A DNA stretch of 63,722 nucleotides, filler included, from Reclinomonas americana ATCC 50394 (taxonomy: Eukaryota), in NCBI GenBank assembly GCA_048213135.1. It is 17 parts of 17 records of this genome, joined end to end, with 100 filler letters (N's around TTAATTAATTAA, not from the genome) between each part and the next. Parts side by side here need not be neighbours in the genome. Positions count along the whole stretch, not along the records: positions 11,461 to 21,954 come from AFZH01023480.1; positions 22,055 to 25,639 come from AFZH01023481.1; 15 more parts are not named here. The stretch is one strand, 5' to 3'. Numbering within the stretch: the stretch's first letter is position 1; every line of letters begins with the position of its first letter. The notes under the pieces were generated by a model. It was given only the letters and a program-made list of their open reading frames with translations. It did no database searches and was not told the DNA's origin. Positions 11,462 through 24,776 of this stretch are shown here, one piece after another. A program made the position numbers and the translations under genes.

Positions 11462-14400
11462 GTGGTGGACGACGAGGGCGATGGCGAGGTCAACAACGCC
11501 AATGCTGCGGGCAAGCAGTCGCCGGCGCCACCGCGTGGTGGCTCACGTGTGCACACACCACTGCTGACGGGCGAGGTACCGGCGGGCCTCAAGTCGTTTG
11601 GCGCCAAGCGCGAGAAGTGGGTGGAGGGCGTGGTGCGCTCTGCCAACCAGGTGTCGTCGACCAAGGATCTGGACACGTTGAATGCCACACGCAAGTCGGT
11701 CCTCGGCAAGGCCGGTGTGACGCCGCGCTCTCACTCCGACGGCAACGGTGCACAGCTGACGCACGCCTCGGTGCAAGTGACGCGCAAGCCCGATATGCAG
11801 TCGTGTCCGCGTCGCTTGGAAATGAGCCGGTTCGCCAATGTCGGTCGCACGCGCGGCAGCCCCGGCGACAGCAAGGCCGACGGCCACACGCGCATCGAGT
11901 GGCTGCGCAATCTGGGGTTGCGTTGCCCGCACTCTCGTTCATGACTATTGTTCCTTCTCTCACCTTGGCGCGTGCGAGCAGAACCGAAGCACCGATTGGC
12001 GATTATCGCGACCGCTTCTGCCACCTGCGTGTTCTCAATGGCGAATTCATCACCGTGGAGGAGCTGTTGAGTGTGCTGCGTGAGTATGCGTTGGCGGCCG
12101 TCCGTCGCGTTCACCAGTTCGATCCGACACCTCGGCGATCCAAGGCCGCGTCGACCCCTTCGACCCTGCCGCCGTACTTGTTGCGCCACACGGGTCTCGT
12201 GGATGCCACCGATGAGCCAACTCCGCGAGCGGAACCCATCACGTTGGATAACATGGATGGGGAGGAGGCGTATTATGACGAGGGCGACGAGGTTGATTTC
12301 TCTGAGGAGCTGCGGCAGAGGCGCGAGTTTGACAAACTCACCATGCTGAACCTCGTCCTCGGCACCATGAGTTGCGCTTTCCCTCCTCCTCCCCCACGCT
12401 GTTTCCTGCGCTGGCCCTCATTTTCTAATCTCCCATTGCAGCACTCAATCCTGCAGCCACACAACGGAGACCTCTGGACGCTGGCTGGACACTGCCTCCG
12501 GACGATCCGTCGCTGCACACGGTGACGGCCCCGCCGGCAGTGGAGCACGGCTATGAGAAGCCGTGGCTGCAGAATTCCAAGCGGCCCGAGTCGCGGCAGG
12601 GCGGCGCGCGAGGCGAGAGCAGTGGCGAGGCGGCGGGTGCTGTCGGTGGAGAGGCAACAGAGGCGTTGTCGGTGACCTCGGGTGCTGTCGCCGCCTCTCT
12701 GGCCAAGAGTGGACCACTGGCAACCACCAATGTGGCGTCTCCGGCGCCTGTCGACACCTCCGACGGCATGCAGCGCACAGTCGTCGCCACACCGCGTGTC
12801 AATATGCCGTCGGTGGTGCCGGCGGCGCAGATGCACTCGACGTTTTTGAGCTCGTCCATGCGCTCCCCGAGTGGTGCTGGTGGAGCTGGAGGCGGTGGAC
12901 CGCAGGTGCCTCCACTGCAGCTGCACGAGCTCAGTCGCATGATTGAGCAGTCGACGCCGCGACTGCAGTTCGCTGCGAAGCCGGTGGATGCCAGCAAGAA
13001 CAAGCATCCGTACCATTTGGACGTGGACTTTGTGCAGCGCATGGAGAAGAAGGTGAATCAGTGTGTGTGTGGCTCGCCTGTTATTGCTCATTTGCATGTT
13101 GAGCTGACACGCGCGCGCGCAGCTCGACATGAATCTGCTGGAGGAGATTCATGCCAAGCTGCAGGATCCGAAATTCGCCAGCTTCCTGCCCGACCGCTCG
13201 GCGGCCACGATTTTCCACGCGCGTCTCGAGGACTTCCAGGTGCTGTCCGATCACTGGCGCACAGCGTTTGAGGCGGGTACCGCCCGTGCCGTATTTGATT
13301 CACGCGGCAATCCAATCGGCCATGATCACGGTGCCACGTCGCCACGTACGCTCGCCGTGGCGAACAACAAGCCGCTGTTCCACGAAATCCTCCAAGCGAC
13401 CATCGACAAGGACAATGAGCGACACAAGCAGACGATGCAGGCCAAGCAGGAGCACATGCAGCGCGCCAAGCAGGAGCGGCTGGCCGAGTCGGCGCGTCTG
13501 CTGTCGGAGCGTGCTGTGGCCAGTCCGCGACCACCGTCGCATGACGAGCCGCGCTCCCCAACCCACCGGTCGGCTCGAGCGTTTGGCAGCCGGTCACCGT
13601 CGAAAAAGGGCACCGTGCCGCCACCCCTCGACCTGTCGCGTCTGCAGGGCACCAATGGTGTGGCGATGGACGGCGACGATGTGCAATCTTTGTCGTCGGC
13701 GGCGTCACACGCGTCGCTGCTGACCACGAGGTACCGCCTGAAGAGCTCCACCGGCTTGGTGAATCAGTATCGACAGGTGGCCGACGAGCTGGCAGAGGAA
13801 TGGGCATTCTACAATGTGAGTGCTAGAAGAGAAAAGAAGGAGTGGTTTTGTTTCCTGACTGTGGCATTCTCTCCCTGCAGGCGGACGACGACTATGTCGA
13901 CACGAACGCATTTTGCTTGACGGGGCGTGGTACGACGCTGCAACAGACACCGACGGCACTGAAGGCCACGTCACCAGCCACTCTCCCACACTCGCTTCGC
14001 AAGGCGCCATTCTCCGAGTCCAAGCTCGGGCAAGTGCCGATGTTCCGACGACGTGCGCCACCGCCGTCCGAGGCCGCAGGCAACAATGCGACAGCGGCAT
14101 CGGCTCGCAAGGCAGGAGGTAGCGCGACTGCCAGAGGCCCACAGCCCCCAGCGTCCGCACGACCGCTGTCTTCGACACGCAGCGGTGGTGCCATGACCGC
14201 TCGCTTTGGCAATCTGAGTGCGCGCTCCACGACTTCAGTGTCACTGATCGGCACCGAGCGATCCAAGGGCGGTGGCGGTGCCGGCGTCCTCACTGCGCGT
14301 GGCACATTCAGCGATCCGAGTCCCGAGCGTGGTACGTGTATCTGTGTGTGTCCGTCTCTCTCTTCGTCATTGTGTTTGACATGCTTCGTGGTCGAACAGG

Positions 14401-15390
14401 TCGACGGAAAAAGGAGACGGTCATCTCCATTCGTGAGAGGGAGAAGCTGCCGCCTGCCGAGTCTCAGATTCACGATTTGTACTGCGAGGAGAAGGAGCTG
14501 GAGCTGGCCATGGACATTGAGCAGACGGAGAGGAAACCACGCCGTCAGCTCAACGACGCGTACTACTCGGGCATCCTGGAGCGAGAGAAGCGCAAGGCGC
14601 AGGATGTTGCGTGCCGGCGGAAGGAGTAGGAGGGTGAGGTGTGATGGACGAGGCACACACTGACTGTCCCATACTCTTTTTCCCTCCACAGCTCGTCATT
14701 CAGAAGAAGCTGAATCTGCATCGGCAACGGCTGTCGCTGATTGAGAAGGGTCGTGTCCGCGATGCCGCCAAGCTGCGCGACGAAGCAGAAGCCACCTTTT
14801 TGCGGCCCGAGGCAGTTGACGAGTTGGGCGTGCGTCGGTTCTTGGGCGCCGTGCAAAAGGACGAGATCTGGCAAGTGGTGCGGCAGACTCGCATCGAGAA
14901 CCAGTTGAAGGACTGGTACCGCTCAGGCAGTTCAACGCGCAAGGGCACCGCCGACTCGAGCGCCACCACCACTCCGGCGAATGGTGCCGCTGCTCCTGCC
15001 GCCGCCGCCGCTGCTGCTGCACCGTTGCGTTTTGCTTGGCAGAGTGAGAGAGAGAGATAGAGTATTCTGTGTGTGTGTGCTAATCTGGTGTGCTTCAACA
15101 GTGCGCCACCGACGTCGGATCCCATGGGGCGGCGTCCGATTGTGCTGGCCGGCCGCGAGTTTACCTACGCCGCGTCGTTTGAGAAGTACAAGGACGAGAT
15201 CAATCCAAAGACGGCGCTGATGAAGCGAAGGCACGGCCTGTCAAGCTCGGCGACGAATCCCGCCGGTCCACCGCCTCCCCAGAAGGATGCGAACAAGGCA
15301 GCAACGGGTCCCGCCGCCGCCGCCGACGCATTCTACAAGCGCATGGAGCCGACCAAGCGGTCGTCATCACAAATCTTTGGCGACATTTAA
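11462..15390 (+). CDS. Large multi-exon hypothetical protein with coiled-coil and low-complexity segments, 5'-truncated
   Basis: Short GT-AG introns join consecutive ORFs in frame (e.g. donors 11917, 12371, 14606, 15024), ending IFGDI*. No family recognised. Confidence 0.7.
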
Positions 15391-15467
15391 AAAACGTAGT
15401 GAAACAGCGGATTGTATTTTTTCATCGGAGATGCGGCGCACGCACATACACGCACAGGCGGTTCGCA

Positions 15468-17603
15468 TTATCCTACACGCCTTTCGTCGCGGAACTGCTG
15501 GCGCAGCAGCTGCACAAAGTACTCCTCCAGTCGATCGGCATTCTGGTAGTACACCGTGTCTTCGCCGTTGAAGAAGCGGCAATTGACAAAGATGCGGCTG
15601 ACCTCGGCAATAAAGATCTCCTTGGTGACGTAGATCTTGCCGGTCTGGTGTCGTCTGGAGATCGTCTGCAGGTCAATGGGATCACGAACAAGCAGGTAGT
15701 AGTTGCGCACGTCGGCGGGCACCTGCGGGGCGGCAACAACGTGTGAGTATGAGAGGGGAAGCTTGCCAGCGACGAGTGCACGCAACCGGTTCACGGAATG
15801 GCCACGAATCGTCGTGCTGGATGAGTGCATCGATGATGAACCGCAGCTTCTCGTGCAGTCTCTGCACGTCCTCTGCTGTTCTCTCTGGTCTCCAGCCGGC
15901 CTCCACCACGCCGGGAATGTGCTCGACGGGAATGCTGATGGCCTCCTTGTTGCGGAACAGATCGATGCCCGAGTGAATGAGATCCGAGTTGCTCATCTCC
16001 GCCTTGCGCTTGCACACGGCCAGACGCTGCTGACGGATCATGGCTGGCAGATCGAGGTAATTGATGCGCGGATGGATGATGCACTCCATGAGCGTGGAGT
16101 CCTTGTAGTCCTTAATGTAGCCCTTCCACTTGGGATTGGCGCTGGTGACCTTGACAAAGCCCTGCAGAGAGAGAACCATGAGATTGGAGAAGGAAGGCAG
16201 GCAGGCAGGGAGACGGAAACAGGCAAACCTGCTTCTTGAAAAAGTTAATGGCAGTGTTATCACCGTAGACGAGAAAGTGGAACAGGTTCTGGCTCTGCAC
16301 GTGATTCTTGAGGTGGTTCATGAGGCGCGTGCCGTAGCCGCGAACCTACGTCGCCCCCCGACAGCAGATGAGCAGTGTGCGCACACGACAGACGGCTGCG
16401 TGAAAGGGGACAACACACCTGCACGGTGCGACTGACGACAAAGAACACGATTTCGACGAACTCGCGGTCGGGGAATGGTCGATACGTGATGCCGCCAATC
16501 AGCACGTCGCCCTGCATGGCCAACACGGAGCGATGCTTCCGGTCAAAGACCACACGCGAAATGTACTCGCGCTGCATCTTGGTGAGACCACGCGAGAAGA
16601 TGTTTCTGCAAAGGTTGAACGGGAGATGAGACACCGTAGAATTACAGAAGGGAAGCAGCGGAGTGCACACCTCAGCAGCGTGAGGTACGTCAAACTCTGA
16701 ATGGTGCCATCGTTGTAGGCGTGACGGAAGCCCACATCACCACGGTCCTCGGCCTGCTTGGCAATCTCATCACGCGACAATGACACCGCCGGTTGTCCGC
16801 CTGCGCCACCGCCCTCGCCACCTTCCCCGCCTCCCGCTCGCGATCCGTCGCCACCACCCGCACCACCTCCACCTCCACCAGCGCCCGACATGGACGCCGA
16901 GCTGCCGTGCACTTCATGGATGGAGGGAATGGTGTGAAAGGCCGTGGTCGACGCCACACCGACAATGGAGGGTGGCACACTCGGCAAGTTGGTCGAATCC
17001 ACACCCGGGATCTTGGTGTCGGGCTGCAGATGTAAACCAATGTGCATGTCAGCGTGTGTGTGTGTGTGAGCGAGAGAGAGCAGGCAGTGTGCTCAAACAC
17101 AGACCTCTTTGTAGTCGCCCTCTTCTTCCTCCTCCTCTTCCTCCTCGGTCTCTTCTTCCTCTCCGTCACCGTCCATTTCCTCATCGCCATCATCCTCCTC
17201 TTCGTCATCGTCGTCCGTTGGCAGTGCAGTCAGCACTCGATGTCGCCCGTCTATGTGTGCGCGCGCGCACACACACACGTGATGAGAAGACAACACACAG
17301 GTTCAAGTGCGCGCGTCATTGCATACCATCAGACGAGGACGCGGATGCTGCAGGTGCACCGGCGGCAGCCGATGGTGCAGTCACTGGCATGCGTGAACTC
17401 ACAGCATGCTTCATTGTGAAAGAGAGAGAAAGAGAGAGGGTGAGCGGTAGAGAGAGAGCAAGACAGAGTGTTTTTGGTGCAATGCAGACCGAGGTGGCTG
17501 CTCGTCGTGGAGGCCTCTTGCCGGATGGTGGTGCATCGGCGACGGGTCGTGTGCCGTCTGTCGAAGCCGACTCTTCGTGAGAGCGCTTGCCCTTGCCTCG
17601 CAT
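15468..17603 (-). CDS. GCN5: GCN5/PCAF-type histone acetyltransferase (GNAT + bromodomain), multi-exon
   Basis: [55 protein letters not shown] and [13 protein letters not shown], then bromodomain WPFREPV..YY..PIDL..NCRFFN. Confidence 0.95.
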
Positions 17604-17962
17604 GAATGTCCGTCGGTGGTGTTTGTGGTGAGGACAAGAGGACGACGTCGACAAGTACACGTACTCGAGCACTTGTGGCGCCAATGGAAGCGACCACGTG
17701 TAGAAGAGAGCAAGGAGCGGTCTTTGAACTGCACAGTGAGCTCGTGGGCACGCTTGCTTGTTCATTGCTGCGCACTCTCGTGTTCACGCGCAAGAGAGCG
17801 TGAGCTGCACGAATCGTATTCACTACCACAACATACATGACTGGGAACTCTTTGGCAATGCTTATACTCACTACTTCGCATCAACAACACAATACAGGGC
17901 GGGCCCGGGGCCATAAACTTGTGAAACTCGTATCCTTCGCCACTCTTGTTTACCATACACGC

Positions 17963-20020
17963 TCAACGGCACAACAACACCGTGAGATCACTCAACTCGC
18001 TCGCCAGCTGCTGCGCCGTCGGACGACGCACTGGACGACCATCCAAGCATCTGCAGATTGGTCAAGTAAGTCAGTCAGCGCGTTTCCTCGCAACTCTCTT
18101 GGAAACACACATATACCTCAGTGCCAATCGCACAATCCGCTCACACACAGGAGCCGGCCACGGTCGATCGACACCGCCATCTGCCAGCTCCACTGCAGTT
18201 TTGAGCAGCGCTTCGCCACCCGCAGCATCCTCCATCTCCTCCAGCTCCTCCAGTGCCTCCACTCGCCGATGCACCTCGTCGATCGGCAGACCGCTGAACA
18301 CTTGCAGCAGGATGAGACCGAGTGAGAACACATCCGAACTCGGTCGCAGCTGGCCGTGCATGGCCTTGGGGTCGGCATAGTTGGGATCGCCAGCAAAGTG
18401 CACTGACGATTGCGTCTGCATCACGAGGAGTGGGAGGGAAGGGATGAGGGAAGGGAGGGGAAAGGGAGTCATAGTGCAGGAAAAGTGTCACTCACTCCAT
18501 CGGTTTTGAACCAGTTCGCCACTCCCAGGTCCGTGATGTAGGCCATTCCGCTCTGGTCGAACAGAATGTTGGCTGGCTTCAGGTTTCGATGGATCGCTGA
18601 GAGAGAGGGAGAGAGAGAGAGATAGATAGAGAGAGAGAGAGAGAGATCAAGTGAGGGAAAACAAATGAGCAGATTGTGGAAAGAGAAACGCGTACCGTTC
18701 TGCGCATCACAACAAGCGCACAACAAGACACAAGTCAGTCAACAAAGAAAAAAGATGGAGCAAACGATCATGACTTCTCTCACTCACATGCCTGCATCAT
18801 CAGTTGCCACAGCGTGAGTCAAAAAAGGCACGAGAATAAAAACAACGGACACAGGCGACACGCAACTTATGCAGCGAAGCAACAGTCTCAGCACACCGCA
18901 ATATGCACGCCATGCGCGCCTCGATGGACATCACTGGCAGTCCGCGCTCCGACCACTGCAGCAGTCGGTGCTCCAAGTTGTGCTCGCTGTGAATCATACA
19001 CGAGTGAGTTGACACCGAGAAATGCCGTCTGCTTCTTCGTCTGTCTGTTGTTCTCGTCTCTCCTGATCGCTCTCAGCTGTTCTAACTCTCACCAGCCATC
19101 ATCTATCTGCTCATCACTCGTTGACAAGTCACATGCATGTCCTAACCTCTCCTGTAGATCACACTCACCTCATTGCCTCCAGCACCACACATTTCTTGCC
19201 GTCGTCCGACTCCGCAAACCCAATCAGCGGCACAACACCATCCACACTCACCGCCTTGAGCTTCTCCACCTGACGCAAAGAGTGAGGGTGCGATATTGTC
19301 CTTCTCCCACCCTTTCCCCCTCCACCGCTCTCACCTCATTGGAGAACGACTCGATGCACCACGGCAGCGCACTGTCAAACACCTTGATCGCCACGTCCTG
19401 CCCAGCCAACTGACCGCTAAACACCTTGCCCAGTCCACCATCACCGCCAAGACGCTTCGCAAAATTGTTGCTCATCGATGCCACTTGCTCCCACGAAAAC
19501 GCCGTCAACGAGGCTGCATTCATCACGACAATAGTGAGTCGTCAATCATCGTCAACAAGTTTCCCCTCCTGACACTGCCACACGCACGTCGATGCGTGAG
19601 ATTGCCTTGCATGCATATGGCGGCCAGATCCGCCTCGAGTCGCTGTACTCGGTCGTGTTCGCGCTGTCGCTGCTCGTTCACGCGATCCAGTGTCTCCTGC
19701 AGCGTAGCGCGCTTGGCTTTCCGCTGCTGGATCGAGACAGCGTGCTGAGCGATGGTCGTTTCCTGCCGCTGTGCACGTTGCTGCCACTCGCTCATCTGTG
19801 CCTGCTGCTCTGCCAGCTGTCGCTGCAACTCCTGCAATTGCTGCTGCGTCCGCGACACGGATTCCTCTTGCTCTCGCTGCGCCGCCTCGACCTCCTGCCG
19901 CAGCTGAGCAGCAGCGCGCTCGTAGTGCTGCACCTGAGCCTGCCACTCGCTTGACTGCTGGCGTTGTTCTTCAAGCTCCCGCCGCACCGCATCGAGTGCG
20001 TGTCCAGCATCAGCTGACAC
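17963..20020 (-). CDS. Coiled-coil + IRAK/Pelle/RLK-like (pseudo)kinase; 5' end uncertain; microexons at 18788-18791 and 18696-18699
   Basis: FSWEQVASMSNNF..LGGDGGLGKVFSG, VAIK, SNE, HRNLKPANIL, DLG, GDPNYADP, SDVFSLGLILLQ and WP..RLALRC..RRPT, preceded by a Q/E-rich coiled-coil exon. Confidence 0.85.
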
Positions 20021-21659
20021 TGCATTCCGAAGCGCGTGAGCAAGTGAGTAGAAGCGCGACCACAGGTCACAAGACGTGAACTCACTGTTGTTGGATGATC
20101 TGGATGAGGACTGACAATTTGTGGCGGGACTTTGAAACCTTCACTGCCCTTCCGCTGCGAGCGCAGTGCATCCTGTTCATACAGTGCCTACACCGACAGA
20201 GGCTCGTTGCACAAGTGACGAGTGCACGTGGCCATGAAGTCGACACATTTGAGAGAGCGCGCATGCGCAGCGCGCGCGATCGAGACATCGGGCATGCAGC
20301 ACCAATTCCGTCCGCGATCGCTCGCCGGCACCTGTATGCCGACACCGCTGCACGTGCGGTATATGTGTGCTACACGTACGTGGTCGACGCTGGGCGTGGG
20401 TGACTACGAGAGCGTGGCTCTCGAGCGGCGGCCATGAGGCGACTCACTTGCAAGTTCGAATTCAGCGCCTCTCTCACGCGATGCAGTGGCCCGCGGCTGC
20501 TTTCATGCACAACCGCTGTTGCGCCTGAGTCATATGTGGCCAGTGTGGCAAAGTCCAGAGAAGAGGGGGGTGAGGCGGGAGAGTGAGGCATCATGCATAT
20601 GCACAGGAGCCAGAGAGAGCGCGCAGCGCCAGTGTGCTGTGGTTCGCCTGTATCACGCATTAGCGTTCTCCTCTCGTCTGCGCGCGGTGCACCGTGGGCC
20701 ACGGCCATGCGCAGCAGAGGAGAGTGGCGTTGGCCGGCATGGGGCGCGTGCACATGCCCCACCCCTGCGAAATATGTGAGGCCGCTGGTTGCTGTGGCAT
20801 CGCCACGCCCTGTCCACGAGCCCGGTGGTGTCCGTCGCAACTCCGCTGCAGTGTGAGCGCAGTGTGTCGAGACACATGATGTGCATGTGCATGCTAATCG
20901 ATAGCAATCGAGAAGTTGTGCACCAATCATTTTGTTTTATCTCCGCACGGTGTAAGCGCCTTCGAGCAGCAGCTGGTGGTGAGGAGCAGGCGAGAGCGCC
21001 GAACGTGCGTCTCGTTGCAATTGTGCAGGCGCAGCACGCGACCCGCGGTGAAAGGCCACCGCAGCGGATGACCATAATTGACGACCGGATGTGGGCGTGC
21101 GCACGAGTGCACAAGCATCGCGACGCGCGCTCCCCGCTTCATTGATTGTGTCGCACGCATACCAGCGACCGTGAGCGCTCGGAGTTCCACCTACATAATC
21201 GACGAAAGGTCATCTGGCAGTAACAATCAAAAAAACAAATGATTCGGCGGCGGCTGTTTCTCACCGATTGACGTATAGCCTGCGGAGATGAGAGAGTGCA
21301 TGTAGGATTCGTGCAACCACCTCGCCAACCAACCGCACATAGGTGCGCAGGTTAAACACGACCCACGCAAGTTCAACCTCATTTTCCGTATGTGGCGAAA
21401 GCTTGTAGGTCCGGACAAGCCGAAACGCCGTCGCGTTCAGCAGAGCGGCAGCGCCGAGCTGGGCTGGGTGGTGTGTGAGCTGCACATGGTGTGGCCAAGT
21501 CAAAAACGACTGTCGAATTGGTAACCCCATGTCGAAGGCAAGAAAAGACCGATTGCTCCTTCACTTACCCGATTTGGCGTGAATCTTCCAGCCCAATTTT
21601 TATCGTGTGTGTGTGCGTGTGCGAGAGGAGACACACACAGTGCGTGTGCGTGTGTGCGA

Positions 21660-21954
21660 ATGAGTCACCATCACCATCTCCCGCACCACCTGCTTCACGC
21701 ACCCAACGGCAGCGGATTGACGCCAGCAGCCGCCGCACCATCCGTGCCGTCTCCGTATGCGCCACACCAGCACCTCCTGCACGCCGCCGCCGCAGCGCAA
21801 CAGCACACCATGTTTGTGCCACAACGACCAGCGCCACAGCAACAGCCACCAATCGTCTACACGCATGCGCAGCTGCCATCGCTGCACCACGCGTTGGGCG
21901 GCAACGTGGCACTCCAACAGCTGTCATCGCATCAACCGCAGGAGCAGCAGCAGC
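21660..21954 (+). CDS. His/Pro/Gln-rich N-terminal exon running into the gap (possibly the first exon of the homeobox gene)
   Basis: MSHHHHLPHHLLH...QQQ has transactivation-domain-like composition and breaks at a CAG repeat. Confidence 0.5.
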
Positions 21955-24776
21955 NNNNNNNNNNNNNNNNNNNNNNNNNNNNNNNNNNNNNNNNNNNNTT
22001 AATTAATTAANNNNNNNNNNNNNNNNNNNNNNNNNNNNNNNNNNNNNNNNNNNNGGAGGAGAGAGAGAGGAGGGGGGGGGGGAGGGCAAGAAGGGAAGAG
22101 AAAGTGTTGGACAGAATAGCGATATGTGTGGCCGTGGGAATGATTTGCGATGCTCGTGTTTGTGCATATTTGTGCGCGGGCGTGGGTGTGGGGGAGGCAT
22201 GTTGTGAGAGTGGTGTGGTGCACACTGGTGTGCTGAGAGAGAGAGAGAGAGGGGAGGAGACACACTAACTTTTTTCGAATCCGCGTGGTTTCCCGTTGTG
22301 GCGCGTCTTTGGTTTGCTGCACAATTTGGTGACCAGTGTGCGTGCGTGCGTGCGTGTGTTTGTGCGTGTGTGCATGCATGGGTGGTCGTCCTCGTCTATC
22401 ACTCCGTCTGTTGGTGTTGGCGCGTCATTATTTTTATCGATGCTTGTCTGTATGTTCGCATTTGAAACTCAGCTCTCCTCTTCCTCCTGCCCGCCTGCTG
22501 CTGCGGTTGAGTGTGCATCTGTGTGATGTTGTGCACACAGCCCTCAGAGTTTGTGGTTCCTTGTTTTGCGCGCATACCTTTTTCTTTGATTGCAATTGAC
22601 CGTTGCTGTCGTCAAGTTGAAGCGGTTGCCTTTATTTTCTGTCGCTTCTTCTTTCGTTGCATGCGGCGCTTCGCTGCTGGCGTCCATCCTCCACCACACC
22701 AGTGTCTCGTGCACTCTGATTTTGTCGGCCACTTGTTGCCTCCTGCGACACTTGGTGTGTAGTTTTAGAACCCTCGCACAATTCTTGTGCGCTCGTTCCG
22801 TGTGGCCCTCTTCTTCTTCTGTTGCTCTCCTCCTACTCCTATTCCTAACATGCGCATAGTCGTTGGCATGTTTGAGGTTGGCAATCGACGCGCATATTCT
22901 TCTTTGCTGCAGCAGTGGTTCAGCGATTACACCATATTTGGTGCTTTTTCTCCTCCCACTGCTTTCCTTTGAGCTGTCCTTTGTGTCTCTCTCCCTGTTG
23001 TCTGCATGGTTGTGTGTCGGAGTGCGTGGGTCTGTGCGTGTGTGCGGTGCGTGTGGGGCCAGTTGGCGGTCGGATCTGTCGGTTTTGCGTCGCGCACACA
23101 CAGCCACAGACGTATAAGCACGTACGCGCGTGTGTGCGTGCACTTTGTCAGCGATCCTGTTGTGTTCTGTATCTTCTTTGTGCAGTGCGCAGCTTGCAGG
23201 CGTGTGTGTCTTGTCTGTATTGCTGCAGCGCAGCGTGTCTTGTCTCCCTCCACTGCGAGAAGATTCCGTCGTATGTCGGTTTTTGTCTGCCCTGGTCGCA
23301 TTCCCACACACACAACAGAGGAGATAGAAAGAGAGAGGGTTGATGTATGCGATCCACCCGCTGCGCCACTCGGACCGCGCTGTGATCTTGTCTTTTTTTG
23401 TTGCGTGCGTCAGGGCTCCAATCGAATTCCTGTATTGAGTTCTGTCGGTTGCCATTCACTGCTGGTGGTTGGCGGAGAGAGTGCGTGTGTGTATGTGCAT
23501 TTGTGCGTCCGCGTGTGCGTCTGCGTGTGTGAGAGACGGTCTGGAGAGAAGTAGACAGGATCACCGATATCTCGCGAAATGTGCGCCCTCCTGCTTTTCT
23601 CTCGTGTGTGTTCATGTCTCGCGGGCCACCATCCGTTGGTGTGCCCCCCTCGGAGATCTATCACTTCCACCGCCAGACACAGAGCTGCTACAACTCCGCG
23701 TGTGTAATCCATGCTGTGTCGTTTTCTCGCGTGTTGTGTTCGGGGGGCGCCAGCATGACATCTCTCTCCACACACGCACCCACCGACTTCTCCTGTGCGT
23801 CACGCTGCGGTGAGCGGGTGGGGTGTTCTCTCTCTTCTCTTGATCGTCATCCTCCCTCTCTCGTCGTCTTCTTCGCGGCGGCGGTGGTGGTGGTGTCGTC
23901 GGGGTTTCATTTGTATACTTGCGGACATGCACGCGCTCTGCTGTTTCCGAGAGGGTCTCTCTCCTTGTGGCTTCTGCGGTCGCGTCTGCGCAGTAGTGGA
24001 TCCACCCAGCAGTTGTAGGGTAGTGCTACTGTGCTGCGGCGGTGTGTGTGGGCGCACGGTCGGCAGTGTGAGAGTGGCACATGGTGGTGGCACAACTGGT
24101 CGGTATTGCACCTTTGCTGGTCGCCACCATCGGCATCGGCAGTCTGCCGCGCTTTGCAACAGTGGTGGAGGCGTGTCGTGTAGTGCTCTACTCGTCCTCT
24201 GATTAATAGAGTAGGTTGCAGAGGCCGGGGTGGACATGTTGGTTCGCACGCCACTGGCAGCAACACTTCTGCTTCACTCCATGCATCTTGTGCCCGTTTT
24301 TCTCCCGTTCCTCGCCTCGCATCTGTTCTGCCTCGTACTCGTCTGTCTATCGTCAGCACACACACGCGCGCTATATCGCTGCAGTTGGCGTGGTGCGGCC
24401 GCGATTCCACAATCGTTTTTCGGAGGAGTGCTGCCGTATTCTTCTGTAATCACAAGTGATTGCTTTTTTTCTCCGACTTCCCCTCTGATCGTCGTCGTTG
24501 TGGGTGGCGCACTTTCTTCTCTACGAATTCTTCTCTGTTCTCCGCTGCACTCTGTTGACTGCGATTAGCAGTCGTCGCTTGTGATTTTTGTGCGACCGCA
24601 CATTGTCAGCATGCAGCTGGATGGCAGACAGACATCAGCAGCAGAGAGAACGTGTGTCATTGTGAGGAGCATTGGGGTGTGCACTAGTGGGTGGCCGTGG
24701 CTGTGGTGTCAGTTGGTGCGGGCATGTCCTTGCAGCGTTCTCACACTCTCTCGCTGCGCCTCTTCTCCCTTCACAG

